Part shown: positions 52,961 to 64,000 of the stretch, piece by piece
Numbering within the stretch: the stretch's first letter is position 1
Layout of the letters: the number at the start of each line of letters is the position of its first letter
Assembly (NCBI GenBank): GCA_951406725.2
Contig: OX597823.1
Span: 8,680,001-8,744,000 of the forward strand
Source: Octopus vulgaris
Lineage: Eukaryota
Reading direction: 5' to 3'
Length of the DNA: 64,000 bases
Program-made: the position numbers and the translations under genes
The notes under the pieces: generated by a model
Told to the model about the DNA's origin: nothing
Database searches by the model: none
The model's input: the letters and a program-made list of their open reading frames with translations, nothing else

Positions 52961-54834
52961 GTATGTGTATTCAAAAAGTTGTCCGTTTTAATTACAGGTA
53001 TATTCAATACGACGAACGTCTAAAACTATTTCCGTCATCCCAATTTCACTCGGTATGTTTAGGTCTATGCGAGCTTGTTGTAAAATGCATTTGCCCACGA
53101 TGTCAGGTAATAAGAATGGATCCTGGGACGATAGAATTTGCAAAGCGAACATTTTTACCATTCAGTTATACTTGAATCGAATATATTTGACTCAAATATT
53201 TGGCTTTTTGCATATATTTGAAACCATTAATATATTCATGCTTAATTATTTAACTCAATTTTTGTACTGATAAAGAAATCACTTTTGCCTTAGAAACAGA
53301 TAATAGTTATATATAATTCAAATAATTTAGTTTTCTAGGTTCAAGCTATTTCGGTATCTTCATTACTTAATTTTATATTTCAAGAGCCTGAATATAGGAA
53401 TTTTATAAAGGCATTAGAGATGCCCATGAAAGGAAAGTTCATAGGTTGTTGAAGTGCATAGGGTAGTAAAAAAGGAGGAAGTTACTCAAATCCAGTGGAC
53501 AAACAAATCAGCAAAATGTATTAAGTATTTAAATCTGCTCAACGAATCTTCCCGTTGTGTTGCTTTTTTTTGCTTGTTGATAATATCCAAAAATTGAAAA
53601 TATTGAATCAATCCATATATAGATTCCGATAAACAATGTTATGCAATTCTTCGTAGTAAATTCACAGACATATTCTTATCATAAGGAAGCAGTAAAGAAA
53701 TTTGAAGAAAAGACTATTTTTGTAGAGACGTTTTGATATTATATGCAATGTTGCAGCTTTGTAAATTATTAATACACTTGTGGTTGTAATGTTATATAAG
53801 AACTCATACATTTCTTCTACTTTCAAATGAAATAGAGACGTTAAAATATACGAAGATGTCCGTCAACAACGGAATATGGATGTGTTCATATACAGCATTA
53901 AAACATTTAGATTTAAGCGTTCGTGATTCTCTTAGGATTTAGTATTCTTAAGAACCACATTTACACCTTTTAGCTAAACAAAAAAAATCGTGATGGGACA
54001 CGATTGGATTACGGCCGTTTATCCGACTAAGTGATAATTCTTCAATGTGAACCATTAAAGATGAATAGCTGCGAGGAAATCAACGAATATTTGCAAATCC
54101 TTTAGGACAGTAGTATACTTCGTAAGTAAAAGTGTGTATAATGAACGTATTACGCCACTAGATATCTGCCAAATCGATATGCATATTTAAGCGTGGAAAT
54201 TATACGAGTAAAGCCAACGTATCACTGATAAAGACCTTTCATGTTAATATCAACGCTTCTCTAACTTCAACTGACATACTGAATGTTAATATTTCAGTAA
54301 ATTTAATTTTACCGTGTGAATAATTATGTTCCCTCATCCATTGCCCATATGAAGAATAAAAATTTATTATCATTATTATTATTATCATTATTATTATTAC
54401 CATTGTGATTATTATTATTGATGTTGTTGTTGTTGTTTTTGCTTTTATTGTTCTTCGTCCATCGACACGTATTGCACATAGCTTCCGTAAGTTTGTTGTT
54501 ATAAATACGGTTATACAAATTTATATAGAGGACCTAACCGAGCTGATTAGTTTTGCCTCATCTCTAGCTAAAGGCTAAATTGGGGCTTGTTTTGTGAACA
54601 TGTCCCTGAATTTCTATTTAATAAAGAAAGATGGCGGACAGGATTGTTTGTCCTTGGGAAAGAACAACCAGTTATCCGCATAACAGAATAGCCAAATTAT
54701 AAAAGTCAGTAACAGCAGCAGCAATAACAACACCGACAACAGCAACTGCAGTAGTGACAGTAGTAGCAGCAGCAGCAGGATTAGCGGTAGTAGTAGCAGC
54801 AGCAGTATCAATAACGTCAACAACAACAACACTG

Positions 54835-55492
54835 CACGAGAGAGGTAGGAAAGCAACTTTATGTTGCTAAAAATGTCAGCACTGCCATCACAGTAAGAGA
54901 AAACCAGTGTTCTGCGGATACAGAGAATACAGAAACAGGAATGGCTAGGACAACGTATACATTTGTTAAACAAGGAGGAGCAACCAACTTTCCATCCCGG
55001 ATTTCATAATCCTATCAGATGGCACAGAGCTTCACGTGGCTGCTGTAGATAGAAGATCGAGGTGTCACCTGTACGGGGACAAAAACCACCTGAAGACCTT
55101 TTGCCCACAGCAAAGGAAACCAACAATCCTGCCGACAACATTGACACCGCCACCACCGACCGGAATGGGGCGGCCAGAATAAGGCTTTTCTGGGTTCTGG
55201 TGTGCGATTAGAACGTCATCTTAGATGCACGCTGGGACTGTGTGAGGCTAGCCGATTGGAGAGGTGGGTGTAAAAACCTCACAAACTTGCTCAGTCGTTT
55301 CCAGCTGGCTGACAGGTTCCGAATGCATGTTACAAATACCAGGCAAAGGTAGACAACGTCGGGGCATACAGATTGTTTCCGAATTGACTAATCTGTAGTC
55401 AGTTACGCAGACCACAAATTTGTGATCTGTACGGTCCGTCTTGTTAGGCGTCATAAGCAGAGGTCCAGTTACTGGAAACTGTGCGTCACGCC
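54835..55492 (-). mobile_element. Probable RTE-like LINE 5' region (GC-richer non-coding remnant)
   Basis: Abrupt GC-rich block between microsatellites, resembling RTE 5'UTR-type sequence; no intact ORF. Confidence 0.35.
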
Positions 55493-55528
55493 TACCTGTC
55501 TATCTATCTATCTATCTATCTATCTATG

Positions 55529-55591
<63 letters not shown>

Positions 55592-57657
55592 TTGTCTGTC
55601 TGTCTGTCTGTCTGTAATAAAATATATGGTTGTATTTTATGATATTATTGCTATTTCATGGTTGATATTTGTTTCACCAACTTCAGCAGTACTATTCACA
55701 TTATGTGTATAGATTTGTGTACTAGAAATGATCTAATAATCCACACTACGTAATGTACATTGCTCAGTAGTCCACGGAATTGTTTCATCGGAAGTGTTTA
55801 CAAAAACAAAACACAAAACAACCAGTTATCCAAAGAATCGGTCATCTTGCGTCAATAAGAAGCATTTAGTATTTGTCAGAACCGTCTATATCTAATAAGC
55901 ATCACTAATTGTATTATAACGCACACATTTATTACTTATGTGATCTTACTATAAACCAAGCTGCCACCACCAACGCTAATGCAACACGCTCGACCACCAT
56001 TAACTCGGAATTATAAAACTGACTTTAAAACAGGGGGAGAAAGCTGATCCATATTTGTAAACCACCGTCACTGTTGTAAGTATTATCATTTTCTCTGCAC
56101 ATCTTCGACTACAACACACAACATGAAAATTTCCATTGCTGTCATTACAACGAAGAATACCGAGATCGATTGAATGTTCATGATAGCGTGTCCGTGTCTG
56201 CACCGTATTGATATTATAATGGATCTTCTAATATTGCACGTTATTCAGAGAAGAGAAAATTATTGGAAATAAACCTCCAGGTGTCAGGCGATAAAGGATA
56301 ATATTACTTTAGATGTGCCCTCATCATTTCGTTTATGAAATGCTAACACATTCAATTCGCTAGTCTTTAATATATAAATATATAATGCTAATGAAATAAC
56401 CCAGTATTTCGTGAACTTTGGCTACGTTAAATCCGACATGCATTTGTATTTCGTAACTTGTTAAGCTGGATGATGCGATAATATTTCAATTAGTGTTGTA
56501 TTAAAATTTCTCACCATTTCAATTTATTATCACTGTTGGATGAAGCAGAATTTAAATAATATGTCTCAGTATATTATTTTTTGTGAGAAAGAAAAAAAGT
56601 TATAACATTTGACGCCAGCATGAATACAGATTAGGTCAAACATTTCGCCCTCCAAACATCTCAGGCTACTCAACAATTGTCTTCATTTCCATATTTTGAG
56701 CATATTCTAAAACAGCGTTTTTGTTGAAGAAACTTGATAATTGTACTAGTGTAACCAGCTGTCAAACATTAGAGTTATTGACGTTATCGCCGGTAGATTC
56801 AATTTAATTTGAACATTCTTTTGATAAATTTCAATAGCAGTTAACATTTTTGACATTGAACTGATGCTCCTTCAGATCTTAATTGCATAATCTTAACTTC
56901 TTTTCAACTAATGTTGAAAACTATTGCAAAATTTTGGAACATTTTTTAAGAGAAAGAAGGTAATAATTTTAATATTATTTTTGATTTTAAATGTCTTTAA
57001 TTAGATTATTAAGATATAACTACACAGAAATATGTACACAAAACGCTCTGACATCACGATTGCTTAGCAACTCTGAAGCGATGAACGGTTATATTGGAAT
57101 AGAATATCTACAAAATACATTGGACATTCCTGTACATGAAAATTATACTGAGTTAATTATGTCAAGGTTCAATTAAAGCTGAAATAGTATACTGAACCAT
57201 TTGCCAAAATGTACTGAATTTCGTGAGAATATAGCAAACAACTGAATGTAGCAAAGCAGTCTGAGGGAAGAGTCGTTCAAATAACAGCGGAATTTATTTT
57301 AGATTGTAGTTGTCTGAATTCAAGAAATATATTTTTAACTTTGTATTCTAGCTTCTTCGAAATTATAATGATTTTGTGAAGCATTTTAAATCAAGTTGAT
57401 TTTGAATCTGGTCTATAACACATCATTTCGTCTGTAGATTTCCAATTGGTATTTCACAAACTGACGATTTCATTCATAGAGAAATTTTCCATAATAATCT
57501 CCATGAGAAGGCATAGCTTCCTGTGTAGCTAATGTACTAATGTACTGCATACAATATGTCGCGACTTGTTTAAGCCTTTAATCGTAGAGAACATATGATA
57601 GTATCTGACAGGACGAAGTCGGTCAGGTTACTATACATTTTCTTCCAACAGTATATA

Positions 57658-59263
57658 CAGTTGCGGCCAAAATGTTCAGAACGGCATTGTTTTTGTCAGA
57701 AAAGTAGATATAAGTTTTTATTAAAGTTGTTGTAGTTTCTATAATTTTCACAGACAATAAGTACAATAGTAATTGTTATTGTCTGAGATTTTGGTCTAAT
57801 TTGAGTGGATAATACAAAAGTTATGGATGATTTAGTGATTTACTGCAAAACCCATGGCGGCCAAAATGATCAGAACGGTTGCTTTTACTCCGTGTTTTAG
57901 TATATTTAACCGGCGAACTCTAATGTTTTGAATTTTTTTACGTGACGGTTCGTTTACTAAACATTAGTAAGAATATCTGCAGTGTACTTTGTTAATATAA
58001 TGCCACTTACTCCCGTTACCAATTCGTCAGCAGATTATTAAGCTTCGAAAGAAGGATAATTTAAGTATTGGGTATATTGCAAAGATTGTTAACACGTGAA
58101 AAAGTGTTGTTCACGGTATTCTTAAGGTCTACGATGATTGTGGTTCGTGTGAAGCAAGAAAGTCTACAGGTAGGCCAAGAAAAACGACCAAGAGAGAAGA
58201 TCGTGCTATGGTAAATTTGGTTAAAAAGGACAGATTTAAAACTGCTGCTGGTGTTTCTCGGGAAATGAGCATTGTACTGAAGACAACTTTATTTCGAAAA
58301 ACTATGTCTCGTCGTTTAGTTGAACATGACCTACAAGCAAGAGCACCTGCAGTGACACCACTGATCAGCTCCAAGAATAAAAAGTGTCGTCTTACCTTTG
58401 CAACCGAACATGTGTTGTGGTCTCAAAAAATTGGCAAACGGTGCATTTCCGTGATGAATCTAAGTTTATGTTATTTGGCTCAGAAAACTAGGTGAAAAAT
58501 TGTCGCCTAAATGCCTTAAGACTAGTGTTAAATTCGGTGGAGGAAGTGTCATGGTTTGGGGGATGATATCTGGAGATGGTGTGGGCCCTCTGGTGCGATT
58601 ACATGGAAAGGTAAATGCAGGAGTTTATAAACAAATTGTAAAAGATCATGTCTTGCCTATGCTGAGAAATTCAACTAAGCGACCACCCATATTCATGCAG
58701 GACAATGCCCCATGTCACAAGGCTAAGGTGGTCTGAAATTTCTCAAGGCCGAAAAGGTTACTGTTATGGATTGGCCTGCTTAAGGCCCAGATCTCAATCC
58801 TATTGAAAATGCGTGGGATATTCTAGGAGAACGTTCGAAAGCCAGAAATCCTAAAACAACCGAGCAATAATGGAATGCCCTTCGGGAAGAATGGAATAAG
58901 ATCACCCAGCTAGAAATTGAAAATTTAATTTCCTCATGCAGTCGAAGATGTCAAAAAGTGATTGAAGCCAAAGGGCTTCACTCTAAATATTAAATAATTC
59001 CAGTATTCTTTGTCATATTTGATTATTTTGTTATTTTTTCAACCGTTCTGATCATTTTTGCCGCCATGGGTTTTGCAGTAAATCACCAAATCATCCATAA
59101 CCTTTGTATTATCCTCTCAAATTACACCAAAATCTCAGACAATAATAATTAATATTGTATTTATTGTCCGTGAAACTTATAGAATACAAAACAACTTTGA
59201 TAAAAACTTATACCTACTTTTCTGACGAAAACAATGCCGTTCTGAACATTTTGGCCGCAACTA
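57658..59263 (+). mobile_element. Tc1-family (DD34E) transposon, IR/DR type, near-complete, defective
   Basis: ~225-bp TIRs (57658-57880 / 59041-59263) with GCGGCCAAAATG(T/A)TCAGAACGG at both ends of each TIR; TA flanks; TGRPRKTT, DES, KFGGGSVMVWG, FMQDNAPCH, PDLNPIEN. Confidence 0.95.
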
Positions 59264-59357
59264 TATATATATATATATATATACGGAAAAGGTGTTTACA
59301 TTTGCCTGTTACATACAATGATTGCTAAAATCCATATTAATTCTTTATACTATAGAA

Positions 59358-59436
59358 CAGTGGTTCCCTACCTGGGTTCTGCGGACCGCTGGTGGTTCAC
59401 AAAGGTTTTATTAGGTGTCCGCGAACTACATTAAAA

Positions 59437-59440
<4 letters not shown>
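59358..59440 (+). mobile_element. hAT-type MITE left end fragment
   Basis: CAGTGGTTCCCTACCTGGG...GCGGACC...GTCCGCG, Charlie-like terminus. Confidence 0.55.
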
Positions 59441-59484
<44 letters not shown>

Positions 59485-59490
<6 letters not shown>

Positions 59491-59698
59491 TAAGCAACTA
59501 GTTCGTTATTTTTCTTTCTTTTTCCATATGTGAGTTACAAGTAAATGTTATATGTGGAGATATATTTGTAGTAAATAGGAATACACGGTTTTTGACTGCT
59601 ATTTCTAAATTTTCGGTATGTGGCTACGCAACTTCTTGCTTAACCCTATTTATTTTGTAAACGTTCCTACCGATAATGGTTATATTTCCATACCGAAA
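59485..59698. mobile_element. Short repeat with 13-bp inverted repeat, related to the 21979-22879 family
   Basis: TAGGGTTAAGCAA 59485-59497 / TTGCTTAACCCTA 59636-59648; CTGCTATTTCTAA...GTATGTGGC shared with ~22816-22845. Confidence 0.45.
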
Positions 59699-59699
59699 G

Positions 59700-60066
59700 C
59701 TGCACCAATGCTAGAACGGGACGACACTGCATAATGCCAAAGGTACCAGCAATGCCATCACGCTTCAGGACAAGTTACTGCAACAGCCTGGGTTTCAAGG
59801 GCCCACAGCTTTTTAATATTCTCCCAAAGAGTCTGAGGAACTTGCACAAAGTAGATGTAGAGGTTTTTAAATCAAAGCTGGACCTCTTCCTGTCGAGAGT
59901 CTCAGATGAACCTACCTCACGGCAAGAGGTGCAAGTGAGGGTAACTATATCAAACTCCATGCTTCACCAAATGCCACATATTGTAGGAGGCTCTTAGTAA
60001 TAACATTGTAGCAAAACGGCGGTGCATCAGTATGGCCACAGCTCTGAGCTGAAACTAGAGAGGAAA
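59700..60066 (+). mobile_element. CR1-group LINE 3' end, second copy
   Basis: ORF 59734-59997 GPQLFNILPKSLRNL...FKSKLD; same 3'UTR as 1579-1645. Confidence 0.8.
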
Positions 60067-60868
60067 ATATATATGTATGTATATATAAATGTTTAAATAT
60101 GTATATATAAAAATATGTGTGTACATATATGTATGTATATGTATATTTACATATGTATGAGTGTGTGTGTGTTTTGGTTGCGTGTGAGAGTGGTGGGGTG
60201 GTTTGTGTGTGAGAATTTATGTATATCACGCTGCGACAAAAAGCACGAATATAAAGAAATATGAAAAAAATACAATAATATAAATGCATGTACATACATT
60301 ATAACTGAGATGTCCAATAGTGCATAATAGTATGTTGCAAGGCAAAGCCAAAAACCTGAAGGCCCCGCTGAGTTTGCAAACAGTAACAGTTTAAGTGTTA
60401 CACTCCATGCAGGTTTGAAATGACAAAACATTATTAGCGGTTGTGATGGACGACTTGGTAGGCGCATGAAGTGTTTCGATACACTGACATGATCATAAAT
60501 ATCGACAAATATATAAGTTTATATTATAACATGAGTAATTACCTCTCAAATATTAATGTATTATATATATATATATCTACAACCCAAAACAAATGTTTGT
60601 TTTTATGTATAGCCCTATGTAAAACATAGTGAAGCATAAATTGAAGAATCACTAAATACCTTTAACCAAATTATCAAATGTATTTCCCTTGTAAACAGAT
60701 TTACTCAGGAACACATATATTTGTGTGTATATATATATATATATATACATATACATACATACACACATATATATTACGTATATACATGAATATATATATA
60801 TGCATACATACACACAGCATGGCCATGCCTTAGCAGAAAAATGTAAAAGAATGAATATATACATAGAT

Positions 60869-60918
<50 letters not shown>

Positions 60919-61138
60919 GGCGCAATGGCCGAGTGGTTAGGGCAGCGGACTTGCGGTCGGAGGATCGCGGTTTCGATTCCCAGACCGGGCGTTGTGTGTG
61001 TTTATTGAGCGAAAGCACCTAAAAGCTCCACGAGGCTCCGGCAGGGGATGGTGGTGATCCCTGCTGTACTCTTTCACCACTCTAAAGGCGGTGCTCCAGC
61101 ATGGCCGCAGTCAAATGACTGAAACAAGTACAAAAAAA
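60919..61138 (+). mobile_element. Chimeric SINE: family B head/body joined to family A tail
   Basis: 60919-61081 matches family B up to CTTTCACCAC; 61082-61138 is the family A tail CTAAAGGCGGTGCTCCAGCATGGCCGCAGTCAAATGACTGAAACAAGTA. Confidence 0.88.
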
Positions 61139-61207
61139 TATATATATATATATATATATATGTATACGTATATATATATATACGTATATATATATATATT
61201 TATATAT

Positions 61208-61250
<43 letters not shown>

Positions 61251-61643
61251 CATACACATATATATATATAGATAGATATATGTGTGTGTATATAGAAGAA
61301 TAAGAAAATGGAGGGGATGAAGAGGTGGTATTCATCAACTTTTAGACATTATATTATGTCAATTTATTTATTTATTTACCAAAATATCAATTACAACAAT
61401 ATACATACATGTATGACTTATGCTTTACATATATAATATATAAAGATACCAGTAATTAAAAACTATATAACATACAGGAATAGAAATTAGGAAAATATCT
61501 TACAAATGTTTCAGCCAAGAGGCAAAAGTAATTCATTCTACCTTGATACCACCAGTAGACTGAAATAATTAGTAGATGAAATTGAGGTACTTGGGTGTTT
61601 CTCTAGGCTTATACGTATATGTATAGATATATATAAATATACA

Positions 61644-62826
61644 TTAGGTCATACCATAATTTATTTCAAATTTACGATAAACAACTATTTCAATCTAAAC
61701 TATACTTTCCTCGATTTTCTAGAATGCTCTTCCGTCTATCTGGTAGACTTTCAAGGCCCCTCTTCGAAAATTCATTTGTCCAGGACAGAAAATACTCCTT
61801 CAGCACTGTTTTGACCTCATCTACAAAAATTCATATTTTTTCCGTCCGAATAAATTTGACGACTGCAGAATAACTGATAATCAGATGGGACAATATCCAG
61901 CGAATATGATGGGTGGACCATCGTCTCCCATTCAAACTGCTCCAGCCTTTGGAATGTCATCCTTGCTGTTTGTGACCGAGCATTATTCTGATGAAAGAAC
62001 ACTCGTTTTTCTTCTTGCGCAGTAGGTCTGCTTTGTTATCATTTGGTTTGGGTTTAAATGCTCAAGGTAGACTAAACCTTTCATATCCCACCAAACAGAT
62101 AACAACACCTTAAGTAGGTGTATCTTCTTCAGAATGAGGTGCCGGTCTTTCTCCTTTCCCTGCCCACTGTCTTCGGCGCTTGACCTTTTTTATAGAGAAC
62201 CCATTTCTCATCACCAGTCACTATTCGGTCCAAAATTAGGTTCATTCGTTAGACGTGATTGCGGAGAAGAGCAAACGTTCAATCTCTGCGCGTGATTAAA
62301 CTCGGAAAGTTTGTGAGGAACCCATTGACCGAATTTGCTGACTTTTCCGATGACACGCAGGTGTCAATTGATGGTTGAATGACCCAATACAAGTTTCTCT
62401 GCTAGCTGCTCAACAGGTACAATGGCATATTCTTCCGCTCGAGTTTGCAGGACATCCTTTTTGCGATCACTATATCTTCCAGGACGAGTTTCGTCTTCTA
62501 GGCTGTAGTTTCGGCTCGGAATTTCTGAAACTACCGTTCACACTGGCTTACGCTTATTATCCGGTCCCCATATACGGGATTAATATTCCTCGCACTTTCC
62601 GTTGCGTTGTTGCCGTTATTGAACACATAAAGCAAAATGTGTGCTCCTTTGTCACTTCCATGATAGTTTTGAAAAATAACTGTTAGATACGAACTGGTCT
62701 CTCCAAAATTTACGCTAAGAATAAGGACAAGGCAAAATTATTACCTGCTTCTATAACAAGTTGATGCAGGTAGTTTATCCCGTCACCCTCCGACTCTTAG
62801 TTAACACAATTTAAAAAATCTTGACA
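61644..62826 (-). mobile_element. Mariner transposon, defective
   Basis: MEVTKEH..LLYVFNNGNNATESARNIN, QWVPHKL, IVTGDEKWVLY, LSVWWD, HQNNARSQ, HPSYSLDIVPSDYQLF; one TIR decayed. Confidence 0.88.
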
Positions 62827-62929
62827 TATATATATATATATATATGTGGTGCTATTAAGTTAGACATGGCCTGGACCAATCTTTGGTCGAAACATATCTA
62901 AGTTTATCTAAGTTTATATATTTATATAT

Positions 62930-63098
62930 AGAAATGGCAAGTCAACAAAAGATTGAAAGAGACCTCGATATTATGTAAATAGGGGAATTTATCTGTAAAT
63001 AAAATATGTGACAATTGGCCCGATAAATGAAGGGATGCCGGCTTGGGTTTCCGCCCCGACATCCGAAACTCGGAGTTTTATCATGGCTACCGAATAAT

Positions 63099-63102
<4 letters not shown>
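62930..63102 (+). mobile_element. Second copy of the 45282-45490 hammerhead-bearing element (motif 63022-63082, core mutated)
   Basis: GATAA-ATGAAGG-GATGCCG...CGACATCC-GAAACTCGGAGTT-TTATC. Confidence 0.72.
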
Positions 63103-63161
<59 letters not shown>

Positions 63162-63845
63162 CCCATATATAAACACGCACAAGCACAAACATCCACACAC
63201 ACATACACATATATGCATATATATTTCCATATACATATACATTTATATGTACACATATATGTATGGACAACAATACATGCGTGGGTATATATATGTATAC
63301 ACATTTAAATTATACTTATATTAAAGTATATATACGTATGCGTGTGTCTATATGATACGCACAGATGCTCTGTCGAACGGGCAAGAGCGACGCCTGTATG
63401 AGTGTATGTTTGCTAATAATTGGATACTCTCTGTTGATATTGAATAAATCAGAATATAATACAACCTATGCACTTAACAATGTTCAGTTTCTGTTAATGA
63501 ACGCTCAATCAGCCAATCAAATAAAAATCCTGAACATTATTTCCTATATTTTCCCGAAGTAGAATGATTTTCATAATTATGATAATATCAAGAAATCGTT
63601 ATTACCTTCAACACTAATTCTAGTCTTTCTTATAATGCTTGTTAATAAACAAAAAAATATAGAGTACATACATGTAGACATCTATAGCCATTCAGCTTAC
63701 TTATGTACCTATGTATTAGCGTTAGCGTGAATGAATATAGACTCTGTTGGAACCAGAATATCTATTTCTACTCTAATGAATATTTCCCTTCTGAAATTCG
63801 ATCGGTCTGCAGTGGTACATTTATGAAAAAAAAAACAGTCTCTGA

Positions 63846-63897
63846 TTTAAGCAGAAGGCTAGAAATTTTAAGCAGAAGGCTAGAAATTTTAAGAAGG
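63846..63897. repeat. 21-bp tandem duplication
   Basis: TTTAAGCAGAAGGCTAGAAAT x2 plus a partial copy. Confidence 0.85.
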
Positions 63898-64000
63898 CGT
63901 TAGTCAATATTATGTAATCCAGAAGTTGACTGTCACTCTATTTTATCGAAGCTGAAGAATATAAAGACAAATTTCACCAATGTTGTGTCTTGAACTAAGA

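Noticed and set aside
62860-62900. GACCA/TGGTC stem followed by GAAACATATC
   Set aside because: 5' CUGANGA core unrecognisable

Overview
AT-rich, microsatellite-laden eukaryotic DNA with no host protein-coding gene that I can support. Most long ORFs in the supplied track are microsatellite translations. The repeat content resembles an octopus/cephalopod genome (inference from SINE types and repeat style). The window holds: four tRNA-type SINE families in many copies; LINE remnants (an R4/Dong RLE element inside (AAT)n, Tx1/L1, RTE, CR1-group 3' ends); decayed Penelope-like (Naiad-type) RT/endonuclease sequence; several mariner and two IR/DR Tc1 elements; a Buster/Charlie hAT; and a non-autonomous Helitron. 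The most notable signal is a set of short, non-coding, mostly (TA)n-embedded elements from about five different families. Each carries a minimal type-I hammerhead ribozyme fold with a (near-)palindromic stem III, some with canonical and some with altered catalytic cores, and two sit in direct/inverted-repeat architectures. Other points: a SINE and a LINE sharing a 3' tail with compensatory base changes, SINE module swapping, an unclassified (AAT)n-targeting non-coding element, a four-piece template-switch mosaic, and a duplicated promoter/first-exon-like cassette. Coordinates were read by eye, and edges of decayed elements are approximate.
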